64,000 nucleotides of DNA from Clostridia bacterium (GTDB lineage Bacteria; Bacillota; Clostridia; TANB77; RGIG9151), in contig JAFSUW010000012.1 of the NCBI GenBank assembly GCA_017450465.1, positions 4,035 through 68,034 on the forward strand, written 5' to 3'. Position numbers and translations under genes: made by a program. The notes under the pieces are model-generated. The model was given only the letters and a program-made list of their open reading frames with translations, was not told the DNA's origin and made no database searches. This document shows, piece by piece, positions 55,738 through 64,000 of this stretch. Numbering within the stretch: position 1 is the first letter of the stretch; each line of letters starts with the position of its first letter.

Positions 55738-56412
55738 ATGGAAAAGCAAATAGCTGTAGCAATAGATGGACCTGTTGGGGCAGGTAAAAGTACAGTTGCA
55801 AAGTTGATTGCTAAAAAACTCGGCATTATATATGTAGATACTGGTGCTATGTATAGAACAGTTGGCTTATATGCTGTTCGTCATGGAATTAGTACAAAAG
55901 ATGGTGAAAAATTAAAAGAAGTACTTGATGATATAAATTTAGATGTAGAAATAATTGATGGAGTTCAAAATATTTTCTTAAATGGCGAAAATGTTTCATC
56001 TTTAATTAGAACTCCTGAAATATCTATGGCTGCGTCAAATGTTTCAGCTATTCCTGAAGTTAGAACAAAACTTGTAGATATTCAAAGAAATCTTGCAAAA
56101 TCAAAAAGTGTAATAATGGATGGACGCGATATTGGTACAGTGGTTCTTCCAAATGCTGATACAAAAATATATCTTACTGCAACACCTGAAGAAAGAGCAA
56201 ACAGAAGATATAAAGAGTTAATAAATAGGGGAAATAATGTTACATATAAAGAAGTATATGATGATTTGATTTTACGTGATACACAAGATAGCACAAGAGA
56301 AGCATCTCCGCTTAAAGCAGCTGATGATGCAATTACACTTGATACAACTGGTATGAGTTTAGAAGAAGTAGTAGAGGCCTCTATAAAGCTAATTAACAAA
56401 GAGGAGAACTAA
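55738..56412 (+). CDS. cmk: Cytidylate kinase
   Basis: 'IAIDGPVGAGKSTVAK', 'DTGAMYR', 'DGRDIGT'. Confidence 0.9.
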   Translation: MEKQIAVAIDGPVGAGKSTVAKLIAKKLGIIYVDTGAMYRTVGLYAVRHGISTKDGEKLKEVLDDINLDVEIIDGVQNIFLNGENVSSLIRTPEISMAASNVSAIPEVRTKLVDIQRNLAKSKSVIMDGRDIGTVVLPNADTKIYLTATPEERANRRYKELINRGNNVTYKEVYDDLILRDTQDSTREASPLKAADDAITLDTTGMSLEEVVEASIKLINKEEN

Positions 56413-56415
56413 TTA

Positions 56416-57009
56416 ATGTTTAGATTTATAAGTGCGATAGTAATACGGATTTTTTTAAGTATATATTTTAAGTTAAACGTTGTAAATGTTGAACGTTTTG
56501 AGAAACTAAAAACAGGTTGCATAATTGCCCCAAATCACTTATCTGCTTGGGACACTGTTTTGATACCTGCTTTTTCCAAAAGAGTAATGTACATGATGGC
56601 TAAAGAAGAACTTTTTAGCAATTTTTTTACTACATGGTTATTTACACATTTAAAGGTTTTTCCTGTAAAACGTGAAAAGGCCGATGTTGCTGCGATAAAA
56701 ACATCTCTTAAATTACTAAAAAAGGGTCAGTCAATTTGTATGTTCCCAGAAGGTACAAGAAATAAAACTGGTGCAGATTTAGATTATAAATCTGGAGTTA
56801 TAGTAATTGCATGTACAGCCAAAGTGCCAGTTATACCTGTTGGAATAGTTTCTGATTTCAAATTTCGTTCAAGAGTAGATTTAGTCTATGGTGAGCCAAT
56901 ATACTTTGATGAGTATTATGATAAAAAAATGACTCATGAAGAAAAGAAACAGGCAGCAGAAAAACTTAAAGCAGCAGTTAATAAAACAATTGCTAGTGTA
57001 AAAAAGTAA
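56416..57009 (+). CDS. plsC: 1-acyl-sn-glycerol-3-phosphate acyltransferase
   Basis: 'NHLSAWD' (HX4D) and 'FPEGTR' motifs. Confidence 0.8.
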   Translation: MFRFISAIVIRIFLSIYFKLNVVNVERFEKLKTGCIIAPNHLSAWDTVLIPAFSKRVMYMMAKEELFSNFFTTWLFTHLKVFPVKREKADVAAIKTSLKLLKKGQSICMFPEGTRNKTGADLDYKSGVIVIACTAKVPVIPVGIVSDFKFRSRVDLVYGEPIYFDEYYDKKMTHEEKKQAAEKLKAAVNKTIASVKK

Positions 57010-57021
57010 AGGAGTTTTTTT

Positions 57022-57858
57022 ATGGAGATAGAAATTGCAAGAACTGCGGGTTTTTGTTTTGGTGTAAAACGTGCGATAGATATGACTGAAAAAACACTTG
57101 AAACCGAAAGTAATGTATATAGTATAGGAAATATAGTGCATAATAAATATATAGTTGAAAAATTAAAGAAAAAAGGTTTAACTGTTGTAGATAATATTAA
57201 TGATATTCCAAATGGTACTGTTGTTATCATAAGGGCACATGGAGTAACCAAAAAGGATATAGAGCTTTGTAAAGAAAAGAACCTAAAAATTGTTGATACA
57301 ACTTGCCCTAAAGTGGCTCATGTGCATGATATTGCTGAAAAATATTCTAATGATGGCTATGCCATTTTAATAATTGGTGAGGCGGCACATCCTGAAGTAA
57401 TTGGTCTTAAGGGCTGGAGCAATAGCGAAACTATAGTTATAGATGAAAATTTTGATGTTGCATCATTAGATAATAATAAAAAGTATTGTGTAGTTTCTCA
57501 AACTACAATGAATAAATCTAAAAATGAAGAAATTATAAGTAAATTAAAAGAAAATATAAAAGAATTAGTAGTTTTTAATACGGTTTGCCTTGCTACAGAA
57601 GAAAGGCAAAACGAGTTAAAAAGTTTAGCAAAAACTGTCGATAGTATGATTATTATTGGTGATAAAACAAGTTCAAATTCTAATAGATTATACGAAATAT
57701 CTAAGTCAATTTGCAATAATTCATATTTTATTGAAAATATTGACGAATTATGCTTGAATTTTTCTGACAGTTCGTGTAAAATAGGAATTACGGCCGGTGC
57801 GTCGACACCTAGTGAATTAATCACAGAAGTGTATGATAAGCTTGTGGCTAATAAATAA
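57022..57858 (+). CDS. ispH: 4-hydroxy-3-methylbut-2-enyl diphosphate reductase
   Basis: 'GFCFGV.RA', 'HN', 'TCP.V', 'SSNS.RL'. Confidence 0.9.
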   Translation: MEIEIARTAGFCFGVKRAIDMTEKTLETESNVYSIGNIVHNKYIVEKLKKKGLTVVDNINDIPNGTVVIIRAHGVTKKDIELCKEKNLKIVDTTCPKVAHVHDIAEKYSNDGYAILIIGEAAHPEVIGLKGWSNSETIVIDENFDVASLDNNKKYCVVSQTTMNKSKNEEIISKLKENIKELVVFNTVCLATEERQNELKSLAKTVDSMIIIGDKTSSNSNRLYEISKSICNNSYFIENIDELCLNFSDSSCKIGITAGASTPSELITEVYDKLVANK

Positions 57859-57877
57859 TTACGAAGGGATGATTTAC

Positions 57878-58966
57878 GTGAGTAAAGTAGTAAAAGAGGA
57901 TGACATTGATTTCGCAAAGGCTTTTGAAGAGTCTATGAAGGAAGTCCATTCTGGAGAGATTATGAAAGGTATAGTTGCCGGTATTTCAAACGGGAATATT
58001 ATTATAGATTTAGGTTTTAAGTCTGATGGCATCATGCCATTTTCAGAATATTCAGACGAACCAGGTGCTGACCCAGAAAAAGAATTAAAAGTAGGACAAG
58101 AAATTGAAGCTTATGTTGTAAGAGTAAATGATGGAGAAGGTAATGTTCTTTTATCAAGAAGAAAAGTTGAAGGCATGCAAATGTGGGACGAAATTGATAA
58201 GTGGATCGAAGAGAAAAAACCTGTAACAGCAAAAGTAGTAAAAGATGTTGGAGCAGGCCTACTTGCTAACAAAAATGGTATAAAGATATTTATACCAGCA
58301 TCACAAATTGCTGAAAAGAATGCAGTTTTAAGTGATTATGTTGGTAACAACATAGTTGTAAGACTTCTTGAAGTTGATAAAGAAAAAAGAAAAGTAATTG
58401 GTTCTGAAAAAGCAATTATAAAAGAAGAAAGAGATGCTCGTGAAGCAGAAATTTGGAACACAATTAAAGAAGGACAAGAGTTAAAAGGCACAGTAAGAAA
58501 GATTGAAAAATTCGGTGCTTTCGTAGATATTGGTGGTGTTGATGGACTTATTCACATATCAGAACTTTCTTGGGGAAGAATAAAGTCACCAAGCGATGTT
58601 TTAAGTGTTGGACAAGTTGTTGATACTTATGTAATATCTATTGATAAAGAAAACAAAAAGATTTCTTTAGGATATAAGAAAGCTGAAGACAATCCTTGGT
58701 TTGAAATTGAGAAAAACTACAAAGTAGATGATGTTGTAGAAGTAAAAATTGAAAGACTTGTTCCATTTGGAGCATTTGCTGAGTTAAAACCAGGACTTGA
58801 GGGCTTGATTCATATATCAAACATTTCAAATAAAAGAATAGGAACACCTGCTGAAGTATTAAAAGTTGGGCAATATGTAAATGCCAAAATACTTGAGATT
58901 GATCCAGAGAAGAAAAAGATTGAGCTTAGTACAAAAGCTTTAGAAGAACAAACAATAGAAGCTTAA
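57878..58966 (+). CDS. rpsA: 30S ribosomal protein S1 (four S1 domains). GTG start; the ORF track ATG at 57833 overlaps ispH.
   Basis: Four repeats of the 'G..V.G.V......G..VD.G...G..H.SE' type. Confidence 0.8.
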   Translation: MSKVVKEDDIDFAKAFEESMKEVHSGEIMKGIVAGISNGNIIIDLGFKSDGIMPFSEYSDEPGADPEKELKVGQEIEAYVVRVNDGEGNVLLSRRKVEGMQMWDEIDKWIEEKKPVTAKVVKDVGAGLLANKNGIKIFIPASQIAEKNAVLSDYVGNNIVVRLLEVDKEKRKVIGSEKAIIKEERDAREAEIWNTIKEGQELKGTVRKIEKFGAFVDIGGVDGLIHISELSWGRIKSPSDVLSVGQVVDTYVISIDKENKKISLGYKKAEDNPWFEIEKNYKVDDVVEVKIERLVPFGAFAELKPGLEGLIHISNISNKRIGTPAEVLKVGQYVNAKILEIDPEKKKIELSTKALEEQTIEA

Positions 58967-59028
58967 TTAAAGAGGGTGTGAGCCCTCTTTTTTATGAGTT
59001 TAACTTTATAAAGAAAAGAGTGTAACAA

Positions 59029-60837
59029 ATGGATATAAGAAATATTGCAATAATTGCACACGTTGACCATGGTAAAACAACATTGGTTGATGTAATGTTA
59101 AGGCAAAGTGGAATATTTAGAGATAATGAGCAAGTAGCAGAAAGGGTAATGGATTCAGGCGATTTAGAGCGTGAACGTGGAATTACAATTCTTTCTAAAA
59201 ATACTTCAGTTGTGTATAACGGCACAAAAATCAATATAGTAGATACTCCAGGTCACGCTGATTTTGGTGGAGAAGTTGAACGTGTACTTAAAATGGTAGA
59301 TGGAGTGCTTTTATTAGTTGATGCTTTCGAAGGCCCTATGCCACAAACTAAGTTTGTATTAAGAAAGGCATTACAACTTAATTTAAAACCAATAGTTGTA
59401 ATAAATAAAATAGATAAGCCAAATGCACGTCCATTAGAAGTGGTAGATAAAGTAATAGATTTATTTATTGAACTTGAAGCAACTGATGAACAGCTAGATT
59501 TTCCTGTAATATATGTGTCTGGAAAAGCTGGTGTTGCAAAACTTAATATGGAAGATGAGGCTACTGATTTAAGACCTTTATTTGATATAATAGTTGATAA
59601 AGTTCCAGCTCCACATGGAGATAAAGATAAACCTCTTCAACTTCTTGTATCCAATATTGATTATGATGATTATATTGGAAGAATTGCAGTTGGAAGAATT
59701 GAACGTGGTACAATAAAAAATGGTCAAAATGTAGTATTGTGTGCAGAAGGAAAAGCAAGTAAGAATGGAAAAATTGCTAAGCTATTTTCTTATACAGGCT
59801 TAAAAAGACTTGAAGTAGAAGAGGCTTATGCAGGTGATATTGTTTCTTTTTCAGGTATTACAGATGTAAATATAGGTGACACAGTATGTGACCCAGAATG
59901 CGAAGAGCCACTTCCATTTGTAAATATTGATGAACCAACAGTATCTATGACATTTAGTGTAAATAATGGTCCATTTGCTGGTAAAGAAGGTGAATATGTA
60001 ACATCAAGACATATTCGCGATAGATTATATAAAGAAGTACAAACAAATTTAAGTTTGCGTGTTGAAGATACAGATTCTGCAGATACATTTAAGGTATCAG
60101 GTAGAGGAGAACTTCATTTGTCAGTATTAATAGAAAATATGCGTAGACAAGGTTTTGAACTTTTAGTATCACGTCCAAGTGTTATTTTCAAAGAAATAGA
60201 TGGTGTAATGTGTGAACCAACTGAACATTTAGTTATAGATGTTCCAGAAGAATATGTTGGTGTTGTTATGGAAAAACTAGGCTATAGAAAAGCGGAAATG
60301 ATAAATATGGCACCAGGCACACAAGGTTATACAAGATTAGAGTTTAAAATTCCTTCACGTGGTTTAATAGGGTATAGGTCAGAATTTATGACAGATACTA
60401 AAGGAACAGGTATAATGAACCATTTATTTGATGGGTATCAACCATCAAAGGGTGAAATCCATTCAAGACTTCGTGGAGTATTGGTAGCATTTGAAACAGG
60501 TGAAGCTACAACTTATGGATTATATAATGCTGAAGAAAGAGGAGAACTCTTTATTGGCCCTGGTACACAAGTTTATGAAGGCATGATAGTTGGAATGAAT
60601 GCTAAAAATGAAGATATGGCAGTAAACGTATGTAAGAAAAAACACGTAACAAACATGCGTGCATCAGGTTCTGATGAAGCTTTAAGGCTTTCACCACCAA
60701 GAGTGCTTAGCCTAGAGCAGGCAATTGAATTTATTGCTGATGATGAACTTGTAGAAGTAACACCAACAAATATAAGACTTAGAAAGAGAATATTAAATAA
60801 AGAACAGAGAATGAAATTTGAAAGTAAAAGCAAATAA
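59029..60837 (+). CDS. typA: Translational GTPase TypA/BipA
   Basis: 'NIAIIAHVDHGKTTL', 'DTPGHADF', 'NKID'. Length and C-terminal domain are typical of BipA. Confidence 0.95.
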   Translation: MDIRNIAIIAHVDHGKTTLVDVMLRQSGIFRDNEQVAERVMDSGDLERERGITILSKNTSVVYNGTKINIVDTPGHADFGGEVERVLKMVDGVLLLVDAFEGPMPQTKFVLRKALQLNLKPIVVINKIDKPNARPLEVVDKVIDLFIELEATDEQLDFPVIYVSGKAGVAKLNMEDEATDLRPLFDIIVDKVPAPHGDKDKPLQLLVSNIDYDDYIGRIAVGRIERGTIKNGQNVVLCAEGKASKNGKIAKLFSYTGLKRLEVEEAYAGDIVSFSGITDVNIGDTVCDPECEEPLPFVNIDEPTVSMTFSVNNGPFAGKEGEYVTSRHIRDRLYKEVQTNLSLRVEDTDSADTFKVSGRGELHLSVLIENMRRQGFELLVSRPSVIFKEIDGVMCEPTEHLVIDVPEEYVGVVMEKLGYRKAEMINMAPGTQGYTRLEFKIPSRGLIGYRSEFMTDTKGTGIMNHLFDGYQPSKGEIHSRLRGVLVAFETGEATTYGLYNAEERGELFIGPGTQVYEGMIVGMNAKNEDMAVNVCKKKHVTNMRASGSDEALRLSPPRVLSLEQAIEFIADDELVEVTPTNIRLRKRILNKEQRMKFESKSK

Positions 60838-60840
60838 ATA

Positions 60841-60876
60841 AAAACCTCATCACTGTGAAAGGTAGATGAGGTTTTT
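60841..60876. terminator. Bidirectional terminator between typA and the convergent Cys-rich gene
   Basis: A-run, cctcatc...gatgagg, T-run. Confidence 0.7.
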
Positions 60877-60891
60877 ATTTATTTTTATTAA

Positions 60892-62466
60892 TTAATAGCC
60901 ATATCCGATTACGTTATGCCACCACATATCGTTTGTACCTAATATTGGATCATCTCTTCCAATTATCATAACATTTTTACTTTTTACTAATGCCTGATAA
61001 TGGGAGTTTTTTCCGTCTGAAGTACCTGCATATTGAAAACGTCCATCCATTTTTTCTTCAAGGATTTGAGCTTCTGACGTATTAGTGAAAACATTATACA
61101 TTGCAATATATGTCATTATTAATTTTTCAGTGGATTCTCGATCATAAGCATCTACTGCTTTATTAGGGTTTAAACAATCATTAGAATAAGTTAGAGCTTT
61201 ATAGATTGATGTTAAATTGCCTAAATTATTATAATAATCGGGACGATTTAGGTGAGCTACAATAGGAAGCATTGATTGCTCTAAGTCAGTGGAGCCTCTT
61301 CCAATTTCGTTATAATCAACGTTAAACCATATTTTCATATCATTTCCAGAAAGATCAAATGATACAGTTTCATATCTGTTTGAGTTTGAATTTTGATATG
61401 CATATTCAAATTTATATCCATTTTGAATCCAGCCATCTACAGTATTTATAATTCTTTGTAATTCAGCAGATGAATATCCTGATATTCCTTCATTATTTGT
61501 TGTAGCAGAAGTTGGATGCGTGAAAGCTTGGTTACAAATATCACATATGTTAGTAGCATTAGTGTTAGAATGAACACCATATTCTGTCTTATTACATATG
61601 ATACAAGTTCTAAAGTGCATAGTTTCATCGAATTTATCATAGTTACTCCAATTGTGTTTACATGCAACATTACAAATTTGACATATGCCATTTGTATTAA
61701 ATTGATGTTGATTATTTGGACATTTTAATGTTTGACCACATTTATCACATTCATAGTGATTTGTAGTGCTATTAAAAATACGATCTTGTTCTAAATGTGG
61801 TGAGGGTTTAGTCTCAATATTACATATAGAACATCTACCAATATGATTATTTGCATTATTAGGGTCTATATCGTATTTGTAATCATGATGACCCTCTTTA
61901 CAAACCAATTTTATACTACAGAATTTACATCTAAATGGTCCAGTTAATTGGTCTTCATAATATTCATGAGTTAACATAGCTGTTTTATAGCCACATGTTT
62001 TACAAGTGCCAATATGTGTGTCATTATTTTTTTTGTTTGTAGATGCAGTATATGTTAATTCATGTTTTATTTGAACTGTTATTTTGCCACATTCACATTT
62101 ACCAATGTGGAAGTCGGGGCTAGTAGGATCTGGTATATATGTGTATCTATGCTTATGTGTAGTAGTAGGAGTATTTATGCCAGTTTCAGGGGAAAGTACA
62201 ATAATCTTTGGATTCGGTGCACCACACTCACATTTACCAGATAATTTATAAGCGTGAAGAGAAGTCTCTCTATAATTACATCCATTGATACAGGTTTTAA
62301 TATGTTCACTTTGATTTAATGGAGTATAAACCCATTTATGTTCATGTAACTCATAGCCAAATGAAATATTAGAAAGCACTGTTGCATTATTTTCAAGTAA
62401 ATTTGTAATAGCACTACTAATAAAAGTAAGTGCAAAGAAGCTAAAAATTAATAGAAATTTTTTCAT
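60892..62466 (-). CDS. Secreted Cys/His-rich module protein with an uncharacterised C-terminal domain of about 200 aa
   Basis: Signal peptide 'MKKFLLIFSFFALTFISSA'. About ten modules such as 'HIGKCECG....H', 'THIGTCKTCG......H' and 'NHIGRCSICN......H'. GGAGG RBS. Confidence 0.7.
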   Translation of the reverse strand: MKKFLLIFSFFALTFISSAITNLLENNATVLSNISFGYELHEHKWVYTPLNQSEHIKTCINGCNYRETSLHAYKLSGKCECGAPNPKIIVLSPETGINTPTTTHKHRYTYIPDPTSPDFHIGKCECGKITVQIKHELTYTASTNKKNNDTHIGTCKTCGYKTAMLTHEYYEDQLTGPFRCKFCSIKLVCKEGHHDYKYDIDPNNANNHIGRCSICNIETKPSPHLEQDRIFNSTTNHYECDKCGQTLKCPNNQHQFNTNGICQICNVACKHNWSNYDKFDETMHFRTCIICNKTEYGVHSNTNATNICDICNQAFTHPTSATTNNEGISGYSSAELQRIINTVDGWIQNGYKFEYAYQNSNSNRYETVSFDLSGNDMKIWFNVDYNEIGRGSTDLEQSMLPIVAHLNRPDYYNNLGNLTSIYKALTYSNDCLNPNKAVDAYDRESTEKLIMTYIAMYNVFTNTSEAQILEEKMDGRFQYAGTSDGKNSHYQALVKSKNVMIIGRDDPILGTNDMWWHNVIGYGY

Positions 62467-62672
62467 AATTATACCTCCGTAATTGAAAGATATAATGTTT
62501 AGTTAATATTAAAAACCAAACATAAAAACACGGTCGCTCTACAGCGAGAAAATAGTCTATGTAATAATTATATCATATTCAGTTTACATAATCAACAAAA
62601 ATAATAGAATAATTTTTGAATTTGCCAATTTTAATATTGTGATTATACAAAATGTATGTAGTAATATTAACA

Positions 62673-62710
62673 ATATAAAAGCTAGTATTTTAATATACTA
62701 GCTTTTATAT
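62673..62710 (-). terminator. Terminator after the upstream Cys-rich paralog
   Basis: gctagtat-tttaat-atactagc hairpin flanked by A/T runs. Confidence 0.55.
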
Positions 62711-62742
62711 TGTATAACGAATATTTTTATATATTGAGTAAA

Positions 62743-64000
62743 TTATTTGCTACGATCGTATTGTGAAAAATAACTATTACATCTTGTACATCTACCATAA
62801 TAATCGATAAAGTGAGGAACGTATATATAATTCCCGTTTTTATTGTATGAATATCCACCAGTTTTTTTATTAAGTGCAGGTGTTTTACCACAATAAGGAC
62901 ATTCATATGGATAAATATCGGAGTAAATCCAAGTTGTAACTGGTGGAGTATTATTGGATCCAGTTTGGTAATTTATATAGTTGTATATATTTTCATCTGA
63001 TATGAATATTGTGTCTTCGTATCCTGGTTTATTATAATAGCTTAGGAGTGCTTCTACATATCCGTTGTCAAATATTAAATCTGAATACCCTGCATAAGAT
63101 GTTTTTTTCGCCATAACTTGGGCTATTTCCTGACTTTCCTCTGTTTGATTAAGTTTCATTTCTATTGCTCTCCAAACATTAGGATACGAATTAATATTCT
63201 TTCGATAATTATATGGATTATAGGTTATACCATTACCAATAAGCGATGCTACATTGCCAGTAAATCCAGGTCTTTGTAGATATAGTTCTAGACCTCTTAA
63301 TATTTCTTCTGGACTTGCATTTCCAAATTCAGTTCCGAGTAAATAATACCACCCTAATAGATCATAATTTGACATATTATATGATTTATTATTTATAATA
63401 TCAACCATTGGAACAGCAACAGAATAATTTGAAGTTCCGATATTATTCAATAATTCTCCACTTAAAAAAGCAGTTTTCTTATAACAAATATCACAGATAT
63501 TATCTTTATTGTTATCTTTATGAGTTGAGCATGTTACAAGTGGTACTTTACATATGCTACATGTGCCACTGCCATCTTTATTATATTTGTGGTTACCTGA
63601 TTCACTAAAATAATCACAAATACTGCATTTATAGTAATGTTTATCGCTACCTGTAGGACAATCCCATATAAATTCATGTTGACCCTTTATTTCTTGATTA
63701 CAAGTTAAACATTTTCCAGAATGCTGTTTTTTATTTCTTTTCCAGTTCATATTATGGTTAACGCATTTAATTTCTAGGCCACAATCAGGACAAGCAAGAG
63801 TGCCATTTGGATTATATCGATGGTTAATAGGATCTGTTTTTGTATTACAATAAATACACTTTCCAATATGAGTATTATTATCATTAGAATTTACTGTATA
63901 TTTGTAGCTATGGCTTTTATTTTTACATACTAATAGTAAAGAACAATCTTTGCATCTATAAGGACCTTGTGCTTGTCCTTCATTATATTCATGACCTAAG
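62743..64000 (-). CDS. Paralog of 60892-62466. The frame stays open to the window edge, so the 5' end lies outside; the ATG at 63750 is internal.
   Basis: My translation upstream of 63750 continues 'GHEYNEGQAQGPYRCKDCSLLLVCKNKSHSYKYTVNSNDNNTHIGKCIYCNTKTDPINH...' with no stop, collinear with the downstream paralog. Confidence 0.7.
   Translation of the reverse strand, partial: LGHEYNEGQAQGPYRCKDCSLLLVCKNKSHSYKYTVNSNDNNTHIGKCIYCNTKTDPINHRYNPNGTLACPDCGLEIKCVNHNMNWKRNKKQHSGKCLTCNQEIKGQHEFIWDCPTGSDKHYYKCSICDYFSESGNHKYNKDGSGTCSICKVPLVTCSTHKDNNKDNICDICYKKTAFLSGELLNNIGTSNYSVAVPMVDIINNKSYNMSNYDLLGWYYLLGTEFGNASPEEILRGLELYLQRPGFTGNVASLIGNGITYNPYNYRKNINSYPNVWRAIEMKLNQTEESQEIAQVMAKKTSYAGYSDLIFDNGYVEALLSYYNKPGYEDTIFISDENIYNYINYQTGSNNTPPVTTWIYSDIYPYECPYCGKTPALNKKTGGYSYNKNGNYIYVPHFIDYYGRCTRCNSYFSQYDRSK

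Overview
Low-GC (about 30% by eye) chromosomal segment of a spore-forming Firmicute, probably Clostridia-like; I cannot assign a species. Most of it is conserved housekeeping and sporulation backbone. This includes hemW-ymdB-spoVS, yabP-yabQ-divIC-yabR-rho, ybeY, clpB, ruvC, and glmM followed by the glmS ribozyme and glmS. It also includes pgeF, pgsA, clpE, cmk-plsC-ispH-rpsA and typA, four tRNA genes (Trp; Gln-Glu-Leu) and three ABC-transporter modules. Several accessory or odd patches sit between these blocks:
- Two tandem paralogous secreted Cys/His-rich module proteins at the 3' end (60892-64000; the second runs off the window).
- A 1335-aa SLH-anchored surface protein containing 7 near-identical 138-bp repeats.
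- An amidoligase-like/DUF4116-repeat fusion behind a perfect 28-bp palindrome.
- A LysM membrane protein behind two Cheo (LexA) boxes, resembling YneA.
- Two secreted FAD-oxidoreductase-family paralogs with a degenerate GxGxxG motif.
- A GC-rich island (DUF3006 plus MBL hydrolase plus structured non-coding DNA).
- A roughly 218-bp imperfect palindrome and a decayed tRNA-Leu duplication flanking the tRNA cluster.
- A dispersed family of 'TGTAG + G-rich hairpin' intergenic elements.
I saw no CRISPR array, rRNA, transposase, integrase or recognisable defence-system genes. All functional calls rest on motif recognition in the supplied translations, not on database searches.
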